Shown here piece after piece: positions 44,363 to 56,324 of a DNA stretch of 64,000 nt. Made by a program: the position numbers and the translations under genes. Under the pieces are notes generated by a model, which was not told the origin of the DNA, searched no databases, and worked only from the letters and a program-made list of their open reading frames with translations. The stretch is from the NCBI GenBank assembly GCA_964372915.1, contig CAYJRN010000002.1:1409-65408 (forward strand). Direction: 5' to 3'. This stretch comes from an uncultured Planctomycetales bacterium. Lineage in GTDB: Bacteria > Omnitrophota > Gorgyraeia > Zapsychrales > JAHFFX01. The first letter of the stretch is position 1. Each line of letters begins with the position of its first letter.

Positions 44363-45558
44363 ATTTTAAGAAACCCACAATCGAAGACAAAGAGAAGATG
44401 GAGGGGATTCGGGATCTTAAATTGGATGAACAAAACCCGCAGGTAAATGATTCACAGGTCATGGTCGTTCTTCTCAATATGGGGGGACCCAAATCCATCG
44501 CTGACGTTCGGCCGTTCTTGAAACGTCTCTTTATGGATGATCTCATTTTACGGTTTCCTTTTTATGCGCTCTTGCAGCCGCTTTTTGCCAGCCTCATCGT
44601 GGCTCTGCGCGGTCAGGAAGCCGAAAAACGCTATGCCCTCATTGGCGGCGGCAGTCCCATTCACCGATCGACCCGCCAGCAGACCGCCGCGCTTCAAAAA
44701 GAACTCCAAAAAAGAGGGCGCTCTCTCAAGGTCATTTATTCTTTTAACTACAGTGAACCCTTGCCTCAAGAAACCATCCGCGTCCTCAAGGCTGCCGGGA
44801 AAACAGATATTCTCCCTTTAAGCCTTTATCCGCATTATTCGCTGGCGACGGCCGGATCCAACCTCCATTACCTCAAAAAAACCGCCGCCAAGATTTATCC
44901 GGAGCTTAGATTTTTAAAGTCATCAACGTATTATTTGGATGATTCCTATATTCAGGCTTTTGTGGATCGAATCCGCGAACAGTTAAAGGCAGGCGAATCG
45001 CTGGAGGATTTTTATCTTTTATTTAGCGCGCACGGATTGCCCTTATATTTTTTGACGGAAGGGGACCCTTATCCTTTCGAGATTTCTCAGACGGTGGCGA
45101 AAGTCGTAGATCGTTTGGGCCGCAAGGGCACCTGGGCCATTTCCTATCAAAGCGCGGTGGGGCCTATGCGGTGGCTGAAGCCTTCAACAAAAAGCGCGAT
45201 CCAGGCACTCGCCCGACGAGGGATTCGAAAACTTTTAGTCGTGCCGATTTCCTTTGTCACGGATCATATCGAAACGCTTTGTGAAATTGATATCGAATAT
45301 CGGGCGGTGGCCGAAAAAGCTGGGATCATCGATTTTCGGATGAACCGCGCCTTGGAATGCCACCCAGGGTTTATTAACGCGCTGGCAGATTGTGTGGAAT
45401 CGTCGCTGGGCGGCCCCATTCTGGGACCGCCCAGTCCAATTCAACCGGTACCGGTTGAATTGGGAAGTCAGGTCAACCCTTCGACGCACCCCGGGCTAAA
45501 GCCCGGCGCTTGCTCAGGGTTGTTACACTTCAGCGGCCCGCCTTTGGCGGGCCGCTGA
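44359..45558 (+). CDS. hemH: Ferrochelatase with N- and C-terminal extensions
   Basis: VVLLNMGGPKSIADVRPFLKRLFMD start motif and conserved His and Glu regions; 399 aa. Confidence 0.85.
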   Translation: MNFKKPTIEDKEKMEGIRDLKLDEQNPQVNDSQVMVVLLNMGGPKSIADVRPFLKRLFMDDLILRFPFYALLQPLFASLIVALRGQEAEKRYALIGGGSPIHRSTRQQTAALQKELQKRGRSLKVIYSFNYSEPLPQETIRVLKAAGKTDILPLSLYPHYSLATAGSNLHYLKKTAAKIYPELRFLKSSTYYLDDSYIQAFVDRIREQLKAGESLEDFYLLFSAHGLPLYFLTEGDPYPFEISQTVAKVVDRLGRKGTWAISYQSAVGPMRWLKPSTKSAIQALARRGIRKLLVVPISFVTDHIETLCEIDIEYRAVAEKAGIIDFRMNRALECHPGFINALADCVESSLGGPILGPPSPIQPVPVELGSQVNPSTHPGLKPGACSGLLHFSGPPLAGR

Positions 45559-45562
45559 AGTG
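45526..45562 (+). terminator. Perfect 17-bp stem / 4-nt loop hairpin (CACTTCAGCGGCCCGCC TTTG GCGGGCCGCTGAAGTG) spanning the hemH stop codon. It may act as a terminator or stabiliser but has no U-tract.
   Basis: Read directly. Confidence 0.4.
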
Positions 45563-45664
45563 TCAATTCATCAGTTCACTGACGCATTCAGAAGGGCCGC
45601 AAAGGCGGACCTCGTCCCCGCTTATAAAAGCAAAGTGGGGAGGAAAAATGACGGGAGAAAAGAT

Positions 45665-45979
45665 ATGTCGACAGATAAGATCGTTCTTATTGCCTACGCG
45701 CTGTTTCTTGCCGCCGGAGGGTTGATGGGCTTTAAGGCCGGCAGCAAGGTTTCTCTTATTATGGGGTTGATTTCCGGGGCCCTGGTTCTTTTGGGCGTCT
45801 ATTTGATCGGAACGACGCCGAGGGCCGGATGGGCGCTTACGGTCGTTGTCAACGGCATTCTGGTTGCGGTTTTTATCAAACGTTTCTTAGCGACGGGGAT
45901 GTTCATGCCTTCGGGACTGCTCCTATTGGCAAGTTTTCTGATGACGATTTTTTGTATTGTCCGTTTGATGAAGGGCTAG
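45665..45979 (+). CDS. Small four-TM TMEM14/DUF423-like membrane protein
   Basis: MSTDKIVLIAYALFLAAGGLMGF...; start taken at the M at 45665 within ORF 45560..45979. Confidence 0.45.
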   Translation: MSTDKIVLIAYALFLAAGGLMGFKAGSKVSLIMGLISGALVLLGVYLIGTTPRAGWALTVVVNGILVAVFIKRFLATGMFMPSGLLLLASFLMTIFCIVRLMKG

Positions 45980-45986
45980 GGAGTTT

Positions 45987-46220
45987 ATGGGGCGTTCAAA
46001 CTTTTGGGACAGATCATCAAAATATTCTCAAGGCCTGTCGCTGGGGCTCAATATGCTGGCGGGAATGGTCGTTTTTACCTGGTTGGGGTATTGGCTTGAT
46101 AACCAGCGGGGAGGCGGGCGAGGCTGGACGCTGACGGGGATGTTTCTGGGGTTGTTCTATTGCGGCTATGAAGTCTGGAAACTCGTTCGCCGCGGCGAAG
46201 AAGACAATAAGAAAAAATGA
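45987..46220 (+). CDS. atpZ: AtpZ/AtpR-like small membrane protein preceding the F1Fo operon
   Basis: 77 aa, two TM segments, MLAGMVVFTWLGYWLD pattern of the ATPase_gene1 family. Its stop overlaps the atpB start. Confidence 0.6.
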   Translation: MGRSNFWDRSSKYSQGLSLGLNMLAGMVVFTWLGYWLDNQRGGGRGWTLTGMFLGLFYCGYEVWKLVRRGEEDNKKK

Positions 46221-46981
46221 AAGCCTTTGACCTCGATCAATATATCATGCAGCATGTTCTCAATTCTCAGGAATGGCATGTGCCGTTTCTGCCCGCCATT
46301 CATCTTCCCGCGCCGTTGAGTCTGCATGGCTTGATGGTGATTTTAAGCGCGATATTCTTGATGGTTGTTTTTTGCGGCCTCTACCGCAAGAGTCATGAAG
46401 AAGCCCCGCATGGCATTACCAATCTTCTGGAGATTTTTGTGATTTTTATCCGGGACGAGATTGCCATTCATTTTTTGGGCGAGAAAGACGGTCGTAAAAT
46501 GACGCCTTTGTTTTGCACCTTTTTCTTTTTTATTCTGACCTCAAATCTCATGGGTCTTATTCCTCTTTTTGTAGCGCCGACTTCCAACATCAACGTAACC
46601 GGCGCCTTGGCGTTCATCACGTTTTGTTTTATGATCCTGGGTGGGATTTATAAAAACGGGCCCCGAGGGTTTATCAAGGCCTTCCTTCCAGTGGGCGTCC
46701 CGTGGCCCATTTTGATGATTGTGGGGCCCATTGAGTTCGTCGGTATTTTTATTAAAACCTTTGCCCTTATGATCCGTTTGTTCGCCAATATGCTGGCCGG
46801 ACATATCGCCATTTTTGCCCTCTTGGGTCTTATCGTTGTCATGGGGTTGGCGGCGCTGCCGATGATGATTCTAGCTTTATTTATTTTCCTGCTGGAAGTC
46901 TTTGTGGGATTTTTGCAGGCCTACATCTTTACGCTTCTTTCCGCCATCTTTATGGGGCAAATGTATCATCCGGAGCATTAA
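46217..46981 (+). CDS. atpB: ATP synthase Fo subunit a
   Basis: IRLFANMLAGHIAIFALLG with the essential Arg; about 5 TM segments. Confidence 0.9.
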   Translation: MKAFDLDQYIMQHVLNSQEWHVPFLPAIHLPAPLSLHGLMVILSAIFLMVVFCGLYRKSHEEAPHGITNLLEIFVIFIRDEIAIHFLGEKDGRKMTPLFCTFFFFILTSNLMGLIPLFVAPTSNINVTGALAFITFCFMILGGIYKNGPRGFIKAFLPVGVPWPILMIVGPIEFVGIFIKTFALMIRLFANMLAGHIAIFALLGLIVVMGLAALPMMILALFIFLLEVFVGFLQAYIFTLLSAIFMGQMYHPEH

Positions 46982-47142
46982 AAGTCACCCAGAGAGACTC
47001 AGTGACTCAGAGACCCAGTGGCCCTTGAGTTGAAATCTTAAATATGCTTTACACAGTTAAGAAGCCTGAATATAATAACACACCTTAAATTATTAACCTT
47101 TTCTTCCTTAAAGCCGTAAGTTTTTTTCCAGTCTCGAGGAGA

Positions 47143-47440
<298 letters not shown>

Positions 47441-47467
47441 TAACCGGCAACGGTTATATAAAATTTT

Positions 47468-48037
47468 ATGAAAGAACCATTGTCCCAAAGCCTGGAAGTT
47501 GACGCGAGCGCTCATCAGCAGGCCGAGCAACCGGGGATCTTGACCCCGGATGCCCAGATGCTGGTTTTGACGTGGGTCACGTTCTTTTTGCTTTTGATTG
47601 TTCTCTACAAATATGCCTGGAAACCGATTCTTACCGCCTTGGAGGCCAGGGAAGAGAATATTCGCAAGTCTTTGGAAGACGCGAGAAAAGCGCGCGAAGA
47701 GCTGGCCCGCGTCACGGAAACCAGCCGCAAGATTGTCGTGGCCGCCGATGAGCAGGCTAAAATGATTGTGGAGCGATCGCGCAAAGCGGCTCAGGAAGCG
47801 GCCCAGGTCATCGAACGGAAAGCCCGCGATGAGACGAGTATTCTGCTTACCAACGCCACCTCTGAAATTGAGGCCCTGCAAAAAAAAGTCCAAACGGATC
47901 TGAAGAAAGAAGGCGTGGATCTGGCGATTCATTTGGCCGGCAAATTGATCCACGAACATCTTGACAAATCCAAACATGAAAAACTGGTCGATCGATTGAT
48001 CAAAGATTTTGAACCGGAAGCTTATGGAAAATCGTAA
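47468..48037 (+). CDS. atpF: ATP synthase Fo subunit b
   Basis: Single N-terminal TM then a long charged coiled coil. The start may be the downstream M at 47547. Confidence 0.8.
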   Translation: MKEPLSQSLEVDASAHQQAEQPGILTPDAQMLVLTWVTFFLLLIVLYKYAWKPILTALEAREENIRKSLEDARKAREELARVTETSRKIVVAADEQAKMIVERSRKAAQEAAQVIERKARDETSILLTNATSEIEALQKKVQTDLKKEGVDLAIHLAGKLIHEHLDKSKHEKLVDRLIKDFEPEAYGKS

Positions 48038-48563
48038 AGTCGCCCAGCGTTATGCCAAGGCTTTGTTTAGCCTCGCCCAGGAAAGAAAGCAGGTGGATCT
48101 CATCCACGCCGACCTTGAAGTTCTGCAGAAAATCATTCCGTTGTCTTCGGATTTTAATGAATTTCTTCATACTCCTTTTATTTCGATGGAACAACAAAGA
48201 GAAATTCTCAAAATGCTTTTTAAGCGCCAGGCCCATTCTTTAACCATGCTTTTTTTGGGATTCCTGACCGAAAGAAAGAAATTAAAATACCTTCAATCCA
48301 TTTGTCATGAATTTATAAAGTTTCATTCTGAGCATGGCGGAATTCTTAAAGCAAAGGTTGTGAGCGTGGTTCCCATGCGGCCGGATCAAATTGAGGTTAT
48401 TTGTCGTAAATTAAAAGAACACTTCCAGAAAAACATTCAACCCAGGAATGAAGTTGATCCTGATCTTTTGGGCGGCTTTAAGGTGCAGGTGGAAGATTTG
48501 ATTTATGATTTTAGTATTAGAACCCAGCTTAACCGTTTTGGTCAAGAAGTGCTATCAGCTTAA
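48009..48563 (+). CDS. atpH: ATP synthase F1 delta subunit (OSCP)
   Basis: [16 protein letters not shown]-terminus; position between atpF and atpA. Confidence 0.85.
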   Translation: MNRKLMENRKVAQRYAKALFSLAQERKQVDLIHADLEVLQKIIPLSSDFNEFLHTPFISMEQQREILKMLFKRQAHSLTMLFLGFLTERKKLKYLQSICHEFIKFHSEHGGILKAKVVSVVPMRPDQIEVICRKLKEHFQKNIQPRNEVDPDLLGGFKVQVEDLIYDFSIRTQLNRFGQEVLSA

Positions 48564-48574
48564 CAGGAGAATGT

Positions 48575-50098
48575 ATGCCGATTGACATCAAGCCCTCTGA
48601 GATATCAGCGATTTTAAAAAAACAATTAGCCGATTACGAAACCAAATCAGAGATCTATGAGGTGGGCACGGTCTTAAGCGTTACCGACGGTATTGCTCGC
48701 GTGCACGGGTTGTCCCGCGTCATGGCCGGAGAACTCGTGGCGTTCTCCGGCGGCATTATCGGCATGGCTATGAATCTTGAGGAAGATAATGTCGGGGTCG
48801 CCGTCTTCGGAGAGGACAAAAACGTTAAGGAAGGCGACGAGGTCAAGCGCACAGGAGAAATCGCCGCAGTCCCGGTTGGCGAACCATTGGTTGGTCGCAT
48901 CGTTGATGCTTTGGGAGTGGCCATTGACGGGAATGCCCCGATCCATTCCAAAGAATTTCGCCAGATAGAAGTTAAAGCCCCCGGCATTATTGATCGCCAG
49001 GACGTTCATGAGCCGTTGCAAACCGGTATCAAGGTCATTGATGCTTTAACGCCCATTGGACGAGGACAGCGCGAGCTCATTATCGGCGACCGCAAGACCG
49101 GTAAAACAACACTAGCCATCGATACCATCATCAATCAACGGGGGGAAGATGTTCATTGTTTTTATGTCGCTATCGGTCAGAAACGCTCAACGGTCGTTCA
49201 AGTTTACGAAACTCTTAAGAAGTACGGAGCGATGGAATACACGACGATCATTGCCGCCACGGCTTCCGACCCGGCGCCGATGCAATTCATCGCGCCTTAT
49301 TCGGGCTGCGCCATGGCGGAATATTATCGCGATAGCGGCAGGCACGCGCTCATTATTTATGACGATTTGACCAAGCAGGCTCAGGCGTATCGGCAGCTTT
49401 CTCTATTGTTGCGCCGCCCGCCGGGACGCGAGGCGTTCCCCGGGGATATTTTTTATTTGCACAGCCGTTTGCTGGAGCGCGCGGCCAAGATGAGCGCCAA
49501 AAAAGGCGGAGGGAGTTTGACCGCGTTACCCATCATTGAAACCCAGGCGAACGACGTTTCCGCGTATATCCCGACCAACGTCATTTCCATCACCGATGGT
49601 CAAATCTTTTTGGAAACGGATCTTTTTAATTCCGGTCAGCGTCCGGCCATCAACCCCGGGATTTCGGTTTCACGCGTCGGCGGCGACGCGCAGAACAAAG
49701 CGATGAAGAAGACCGCCGGAACCCTGCGTCTGGATTTGGCCCAATACCGGGAACTCGCGGCCTTCGCGCAATTTGCCAGCGATTTGGATGTGGCAACCCG
49801 TCGTCAGCTCGATCGCGGTCAGCGTTTGATGCAGATGATTAAACAAGGGGTTCATGAGCCCTTGACGGTCGCCAAGCAAGTCGTCATCATTTATGCCGGA
49901 ACCAATGGGTATTTGGATGATATCCCCGTCAAGAAGGTGGGAGATTTCGAGGCTAAATTAAACCAAGCCTTAGATTCAACCTATGCGGATTTCCTGCGCC
50001 TGTTAAGTAAAGAGAAGGCGATCACCGAAAAGATCAAAGAAGAGTTGGACAAGTTATTGGTGGATTTTAAAAGGATATTTAAAAATGCCGAGCCTTAA
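48575..50098 (+). CDS. atpA: ATP synthase F1 alpha subunit
   Basis: GDRKTGKTT Walker A; 507 aa with characteristic alpha-subunit sequence throughout. Confidence 0.97.
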   Translation: MPIDIKPSEISAILKKQLADYETKSEIYEVGTVLSVTDGIARVHGLSRVMAGELVAFSGGIIGMAMNLEEDNVGVAVFGEDKNVKEGDEVKRTGEIAAVPVGEPLVGRIVDALGVAIDGNAPIHSKEFRQIEVKAPGIIDRQDVHEPLQTGIKVIDALTPIGRGQRELIIGDRKTGKTTLAIDTIINQRGEDVHCFYVAIGQKRSTVVQVYETLKKYGAMEYTTIIAATASDPAPMQFIAPYSGCAMAEYYRDSGRHALIIYDDLTKQAQAYRQLSLLLRRPPGREAFPGDIFYLHSRLLERAAKMSAKKGGGSLTALPIIETQANDVSAYIPTNVISITDGQIFLETDLFNSGQRPAINPGISVSRVGGDAQNKAMKKTAGTLRLDLAQYRELAAFAQFASDLDVATRRQLDRGQRLMQMIKQGVHEPLTVAKQVVIIYAGTNGYLDDIPVKKVGDFEAKLNQALDSTYADFLRLLSKEKAITEKIKEELDKLLVDFKRIFKNAEP

Positions 50099-50954
50099 AG
50101 AATACAAAACTAAAATCCAGAGTCTCTCGAATATAGAGAAGATCACGCGCACGATGAAGCTTGTTTCGGCAAGCAAGCTGCGTCAGGTCCAGCACACGCA
50201 GGCGCAAGCAAAGCTCTATGAACGCAAACTTAAAAGTTTGATCGCGCGGCTTTCAGCTTCGGTGGAATCGGCCTCGCATCCCCTTCTTACGGCTCGCCAA
50301 AATGTCAAAAAGGTTCTGGCCGTTGTGATTACCTCAGATAAAGGTCTGGCCGGCGGTTTTAATAATAATCTAAACCGGAAAGTCGCGGCCTGGATGAGGT
50401 CCAAACAGAATCTCTTTGAACACATCGATCTTAGTTTTTGCGGCAAGCGGGGGTTCATGTTTTTTAAGAATTCCGGGCGCGTCAAAAAACATTATGAAGG
50501 CGTCAGCGCTAAACCCGATTTTTTAAAGGCGGTGCAAATCGGTGAAGAGTTGAGCCGATCTTTCATGGCCGGTGAATACGACGAGGTTTATTTGGCGTTT
50601 AACCGTTTCAATAACCCGCTGTCTCAAACGCCGTTTTTACAGAAAGTTCTTCCCATGGAAGCGGAAAGCCTTATAGAGGAAGCCAAACCGTCTTCCTCCG
50701 ATTACATCTTTGAACCGGATCAAGACGAACTGCTCAAGGTCATTTTGCCGAATTATTTGTATTTTGAAATTTATTTTGCCTTGCTCGAAAATGCCGCCGG
50801 CGAGCACGGGGCAAGGATGATGGCGATGGAGAAAGCCTCAAAGAACGCCAGAGAATCTATCGATTTGTATACGCTTTTGCGCAATCGGGCGAGGCAGGCC
50901 GCCATTACCAAGGAATTGATCGAAATTGTTTCCAGCGCCGAAGCATTGAAATGA
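50085..50954 (+). CDS. atpG: ATP synthase F1 gamma subunit
   Basis: [34 protein letters not shown]-terminus and the C-terminal [15 protein letters not shown] helix. Confidence 0.9.
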   Translation: MPSLKEYKTKIQSLSNIEKITRTMKLVSASKLRQVQHTQAQAKLYERKLKSLIARLSASVESASHPLLTARQNVKKVLAVVITSDKGLAGGFNNNLNRKVAAWMRSKQNLFEHIDLSFCGKRGFMFFKNSGRVKKHYEGVSAKPDFLKAVQIGEELSRSFMAGEYDEVYLAFNRFNNPLSQTPFLQKVLPMEAESLIEEAKPSSSDYIFEPDQDELLKVILPNYLYFEIYFALLENAAGEHGARMMAMEKASKNARESIDLYTLLRNRARQAAITKELIEIVSSAEALK

Positions 50955-50964
50955 ATTTTTTTAA

Positions 50965-52413
<1,449 letters not shown>

Positions 52414-52460
52414 ACAAATGTGGATTTTGCCGTTTGCCATTAACATAATCACGTTTTAAT

Positions 52461-52733
52461 ATGAGCGACAAACCTTTTCAAGTTGATATTCTTTCTCCCC
52501 AGGATTTGGTGTATTCCGGGCCGGTGGTATCTCTAGCGATTCCCGGAGAATTGGGTTCGTTCGGTGTTTGGGCGAACCACGCGCCCTTGATTTCGAAATT
52601 GATTCCGGGCCCGATCACGCTCAAAGAAACTTCAGGTCAAATCCTCCGTTTTCAATCACACGCCCAAGGATTCTTGGAAGTTTTTAAGAATCAAGTGACA
52701 GTCTTAGTGGACCAGGCTGAAAAAATTCCATAG
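52461..52733 (+). CDS. atpC: ATP synthase F1 epsilon subunit, short form (90 aa, beta-sandwich only)
   Basis: N-terminal beta-sandwich pattern (VDILSPQDLVYSG...GSFGVWANHAPLIS...ITL) directly after atpD. The usual C-terminal two-helix domain is absent. Confidence 0.8.
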   Translation: MSDKPFQVDILSPQDLVYSGPVVSLAIPGELGSFGVWANHAPLISKLIPGPITLKETSGQILRFQSHAQGFLEVFKNQVTVLVDQAEKIP

Positions 52734-52752
52734 GTTTTTTCTTGACTAAAGA

Positions 52753-53631
52753 ATGGGCGATTGTAATATGACTCCGTATAACCCAGAGGCGAAGTACGAT
52801 CAAGAAGAAGGGAAGTCCATCTTTGGAGTCATCGTTCATTCTTTTTTTGTCGTTCCGTTTCTGATTGCGGTTTTTAGTGTCCTGCTGTTCGCGGCCATCC
52901 GGATTCTTACGGTTGAACAAAACACCGTCTTCGATTATTTGGAAGACGTGAAAACCGGGGGTCTCACCAAGCGCTGGCAGGCCGCTTTCGAGCTTTCGAA
53001 GATCCTCACGAATCCTAAACTTATTCCGCCAGAAGAGCGATTCGCCACGGAAATGATCGCGGCCTTCGATCATGCCCAGTATGATGATGACCGTGTCCGT
53101 CAGTATTTGGCTCTGGCGATGGGGCGCACCGGAAACCAGAGGTTCGTTGAACCGCTCGTGGCGGTTTTAAGAAACGAAAAAGAAGAAAATCTTTATTCGC
53201 TTATTTACAGTTTGGGTCTACTCAAAAGTCCGAAGGCCGTTTTCGCCATTGAGCCGTTCTTGCAACATTCCAATTCAAAGGTAAGATTGGCGGCGGTGAT
53301 CGCGCTAGGCAATATTGGCGATGAGCGATCATTGGCGCTCATCAAAAAATCGCTCAACGATTCGGAACCAAACGTAAGGTGGGACGCGGCCATTGCCTTG
53401 GCAAAAGCCAAAGATTTTTCCGGTAAATCAATTCTTTTAAAACTTTTGAACCGCAATTACTTCAAGAATTTTCCAAAAGTCGATGCCCAGGAACAGGACC
53501 ACGTGCTTTTGGTCGTCCTTGAAGCGGCGGCTCCTTTAAAAGATCCGGAAATCAAAGCGGCGATTGAGCAACTGGCGGCCCATGATCGGAATATGAACGT
53601 CCGTCGGGCCGCGATGGAGGCCTTAAAATGA
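52753..53631 (+). CDS. Membrane-anchored HEAT/PBS-lyase-repeat protein
   Basis: One TM segment, then repeated helix pairs ending in (V/A)R..A..ALG motifs (KVRLAAVIALGNIGDERS, NVRWDAAIALA, NVRRAAMEAL). Its stop overlaps the Rieske start. Confidence 0.6.
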   Translation: MGDCNMTPYNPEAKYDQEEGKSIFGVIVHSFFVVPFLIAVFSVLLFAAIRILTVEQNTVFDYLEDVKTGGLTKRWQAAFELSKILTNPKLIPPEERFATEMIAAFDHAQYDDDRVRQYLALAMGRTGNQRFVEPLVAVLRNEKEENLYSLIYSLGLLKSPKAVFAIEPFLQHSNSKVRLAAVIALGNIGDERSLALIKKSLNDSEPNVRWDAAIALAKAKDFSGKSILLKLLNRNYFKNFPKVDAQEQDHVLLVVLEAAAPLKDPEIKAAIEQLAAHDRNMNVRRAAMEALK

Positions 53632-54266
53632 ATATTCCTCCCAACGCAATTCCCAATTCACAGTCGAATACACCACCATTAAATCCTGCGATTGTGCCGC
53701 CGGTGCCGTCTCTAAGGGTCAAATCGGCTACACCCGCCGTGCCCACGACACCGGCGGAGTTAAAAGCTACGGTCAGCGAACCCATCGATCGAAGAACTTT
53801 TATCAAATGGACGGTGATCGGATGGACCGCTTTTACGGCGATTATAGGCGGCTATGCCACGATGATCCTAAGATTCATGTTTCCCAATGTTCTTTTTGAA
53901 CCGGCCCAAACCTTCCGGGCCGGTTTTGCCGATGAATATCCGATTGGGGAAGTTTCAGAGCGCTGGAAAGATAAATTCGCCGTCTGGATCGTCCGCGATG
54001 AAGAAAAGATTTATGCGCTGTCAACGGTCTGTACTCATTTAGGCTGCACGCCCAATTGGCTTGCCGTCGACAACAAATTCAAGTGTCCCTGCCATGGCAG
54101 CGGTTTTTATAAAACCGGAATCAATTTTGAAGGGCCGGCCCCAAGACCCTTGGAGCGGTTCAAGATTTATTTGGCCGACAGCGGCGAAATCATCGTGGAC
54201 AAGACCCAAAAATATCAGCAGGAAAAAGGGGAGTGGAAAGACCCCGAGTCGTTTGTTGCGGTGTAA
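53628..54266 (+). CDS. Rieske [2Fe-2S] subunit of a cytochrome bc/b6f-type complex
   Basis: Tat-like DRRTFIKW, then the CTHLGCTPNW and CPCHGSGF boxes. Confidence 0.9.
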   Translation: MNIPPNAIPNSQSNTPPLNPAIVPPVPSLRVKSATPAVPTTPAELKATVSEPIDRRTFIKWTVIGWTAFTAIIGGYATMILRFMFPNVLFEPAQTFRAGFADEYPIGEVSERWKDKFAVWIVRDEEKIYALSTVCTHLGCTPNWLAVDNKFKCPCHGSGFYKTGINFEGPAPRPLERFKIYLADSGEIIVDKTQKYQQEKGEWKDPESFVAV

Positions 54267-54391
54267 GACCCCACGCCGCTTCCCCTTCAGGGACGGCGGT
54301 GCGCGCCTTTTCGTCGCGGCTTTGGGGTAAATTCGCACTTACACCCGCTTGTTAAACGACGGGGTGTGCGCTCATTTAGGAGATCACGCAT

Positions 54392-55192
54392 ATGGCCGAG
54401 GAACCAAAAAAAGAGAAGAAAAGTTTTCTAGAGGCAATCCAGGGAAGCCAATTTTATAAATCGGTTTTTCGCACCGGTGTGCCGACGACCCGCCGTCAGC
54501 GGATGATGGTGGTTTTAAATAGCGTATTCCTTCATCTTCATCCCGTGCGCCTGCCCAAGCATGCGGTCAAAATCAAATACACCTGGTGCATGGGCGGGCT
54601 GTCATTCTTTATCTTTTTGGTTCTCACGGTCACGGGAATTCTCTTGATGTTTTATTATCGTCCGACGGTCGAATACGCTTACGGCGACATCGTGGATTTA
54701 GGCGAGCAGGTGCCCTTAGGGATTATGCGCGAGATCCATCGTTGGGGCGCGCACTTGATGGTGATTACCGTGTGGCTGCATATGTTTCGGGTCTTTATGA
54801 CCGGGTCCTATAAACCGCCGCGCGAATTCAACTGGGTCGTGGGGGTCGTGTTGTTAGTCTTGACGATGCTGTTAAGTTTCACCGGTTATCTTCTCCCTTG
54901 GGACCAACTGGCTATTTGGGCGATCACGGTTGGTTCGAACATGGCTGGGGCGACACCTTTCTTTGGAGCTTCAGGCCCGGGATCGGCGCTTCTAAGTATT
55001 GGGGACGTGAATTTCATCCATTCCAGTTCGGATGCCCGTTTTGCGCTTCTGGGAGGACGATTTGTCGGAGAAGGGGCCTTGTTGAGATTCTATGTTCTCC
55101 ATTGCATTGGTCTGCCGTTTGTCATTATGATCTTTATGATCGTTCATTTCTGGCGGGTGAGAAAAGACGGCGGGATTTCGGGACCGACTTAA
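54392..55192 (+). CDS. Cytochrome b (b6-like N-terminal four-helix portion)
   Basis: Heme-ligand His in [29 protein letters not shown] and FYVLHCIG. Confidence 0.9.
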   Translation: MAEEPKKEKKSFLEAIQGSQFYKSVFRTGVPTTRRQRMMVVLNSVFLHLHPVRLPKHAVKIKYTWCMGGLSFFIFLVLTVTGILLMFYYRPTVEYAYGDIVDLGEQVPLGIMREIHRWGAHLMVITVWLHMFRVFMTGSYKPPREFNWVVGVVLLVLTMLLSFTGYLLPWDQLAIWAITVGSNMAGATPFFGASGPGSALLSIGDVNFIHSSSDARFALLGGRFVGEGALLRFYVLHCIGLPFVIMIFMIVHFWRVRKDGGISGPT

Positions 55193-55201
55193 GGCAATTT
55201 T

Positions 55202-56314
55202 ATGAACGCCATCAAACATTTCATCAATGTGATATCCGCTCCCCAGATCATGTTTACCATGATCCTGGTGGTTTTTTTCTTTATTTTTCCTCCCAACGAT
55301 TTTTTCTTTCGACTCAATCAACGATTAAAGATTTACCTCTTGTGGACTAAAAAGGGAGGAATCCTTCTATTCGCTACCCTGATAGCTTTCTTCGCCTTTG
55401 GGCTTACGGATGGGAATTTCCGCTTGATTGTCACTAAAGCTGATAACGTCCCAATCGTGGGACTTATTTTTTTGACGGTTTTCTTTTTGTGGTTCAGTAT
55501 GCATCAAGCGAGTGAGAATGATAAACTCCTGGCCCAGGGGAAAAAACCCAACGAGGCTTCCGATGGGGAAAAAGTCCTGGTCTGGCCGGATTTGGTCTAT
55601 GTGGAGTTCATTTGTTTACTTTTTTGTTCAGCGCTTCTTATTGTCTGGTCGATTTTTCTAAAAGCGCCTTTGGAAGAGCCGGCTAATCCGACGGTTTCTC
55701 CCAACCCTTCGAAAGCCCCGTGGTATTTTTTGGGCCTCCAAGAAATGCTCGTCTATTTCGATCCATGGCTCGCGGGGGTTGTTTTCCCGACGGTAATTAT
55801 CCTTGGGATCATGTCCATTCCTTATCTTGATACCAACAAGGCAGGACAGGGATACTACAGCTATAAGGATAGAAAAATGGCCGTGTCCATTTTTCTTTTT
55901 TTCTGGCTGGTTCTTTGGGTTTTTCTCATTTTGGTGGGAACTTTTTTACGCGGGCCCAACTGGAACTTTTTTGGACCTTTTGAATTCTGGGACGTCCACA
56001 AACTCGCGGTTTTAAATAATATCAATGTTTCGGAATTGGCTTATATGATTCTTTTACAACGTCGTTTGCCGGAGAATATTTTTTTACGTGAGATATTCGG
56101 ATTTCTTATACTCGGCGCGTATTTTACGATCCCGCCTCTGATTTTAGCCAAGACCTGGTTCAAAAATTTATATAAGGATTTGGGACCATTACGTTATAGC
56201 ATCTTCATCGTGCTTCTGTTGATGGCCGTTGGTTTACCCGTCAAGATGTATTTACGTTGGATGTTCAATATTAAGTACATCATCGCAATCCCCGAATTCT
56301 TCTTTAACATCTAG
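55202..56314 (+). CDS. Cytochrome b C-terminal portion (subunit IV-like) with extra TM helices
   Basis: PNPSKAPWYFLGLQEML (PEWY-like quinol-site motif); 370 aa, longer than PetD. Confidence 0.75.
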   Translation: MNAIKHFINVISAPQIMFTMILVVFFFIFPPNDFFFRLNQRLKIYLLWTKKGGILLFATLIAFFAFGLTDGNFRLIVTKADNVPIVGLIFLTVFFLWFSMHQASENDKLLAQGKKPNEASDGEKVLVWPDLVYVEFICLLFCSALLIVWSIFLKAPLEEPANPTVSPNPSKAPWYFLGLQEMLVYFDPWLAGVVFPTVIILGIMSIPYLDTNKAGQGYYSYKDRKMAVSIFLFFWLVLWVFLILVGTFLRGPNWNFFGPFEFWDVHKLAVLNNINVSELAYMILLQRRLPENIFLREIFGFLILGAYFTIPPLILAKTWFKNLYKDLGPLRYSIFIVLLLMAVGLPVKMYLRWMFNIKYIIAIPEFFFNI

Positions 56315-56324
56315 AGGTTTTTAA

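Noticed and set aside
45560-45664. The 35-aa N-terminal extension of ORF 45560..45979
   Set aside because: It begins inside the hemH stop-codon hairpin. The membrane protein's hydrophobic core starts after the internal M at 45665.
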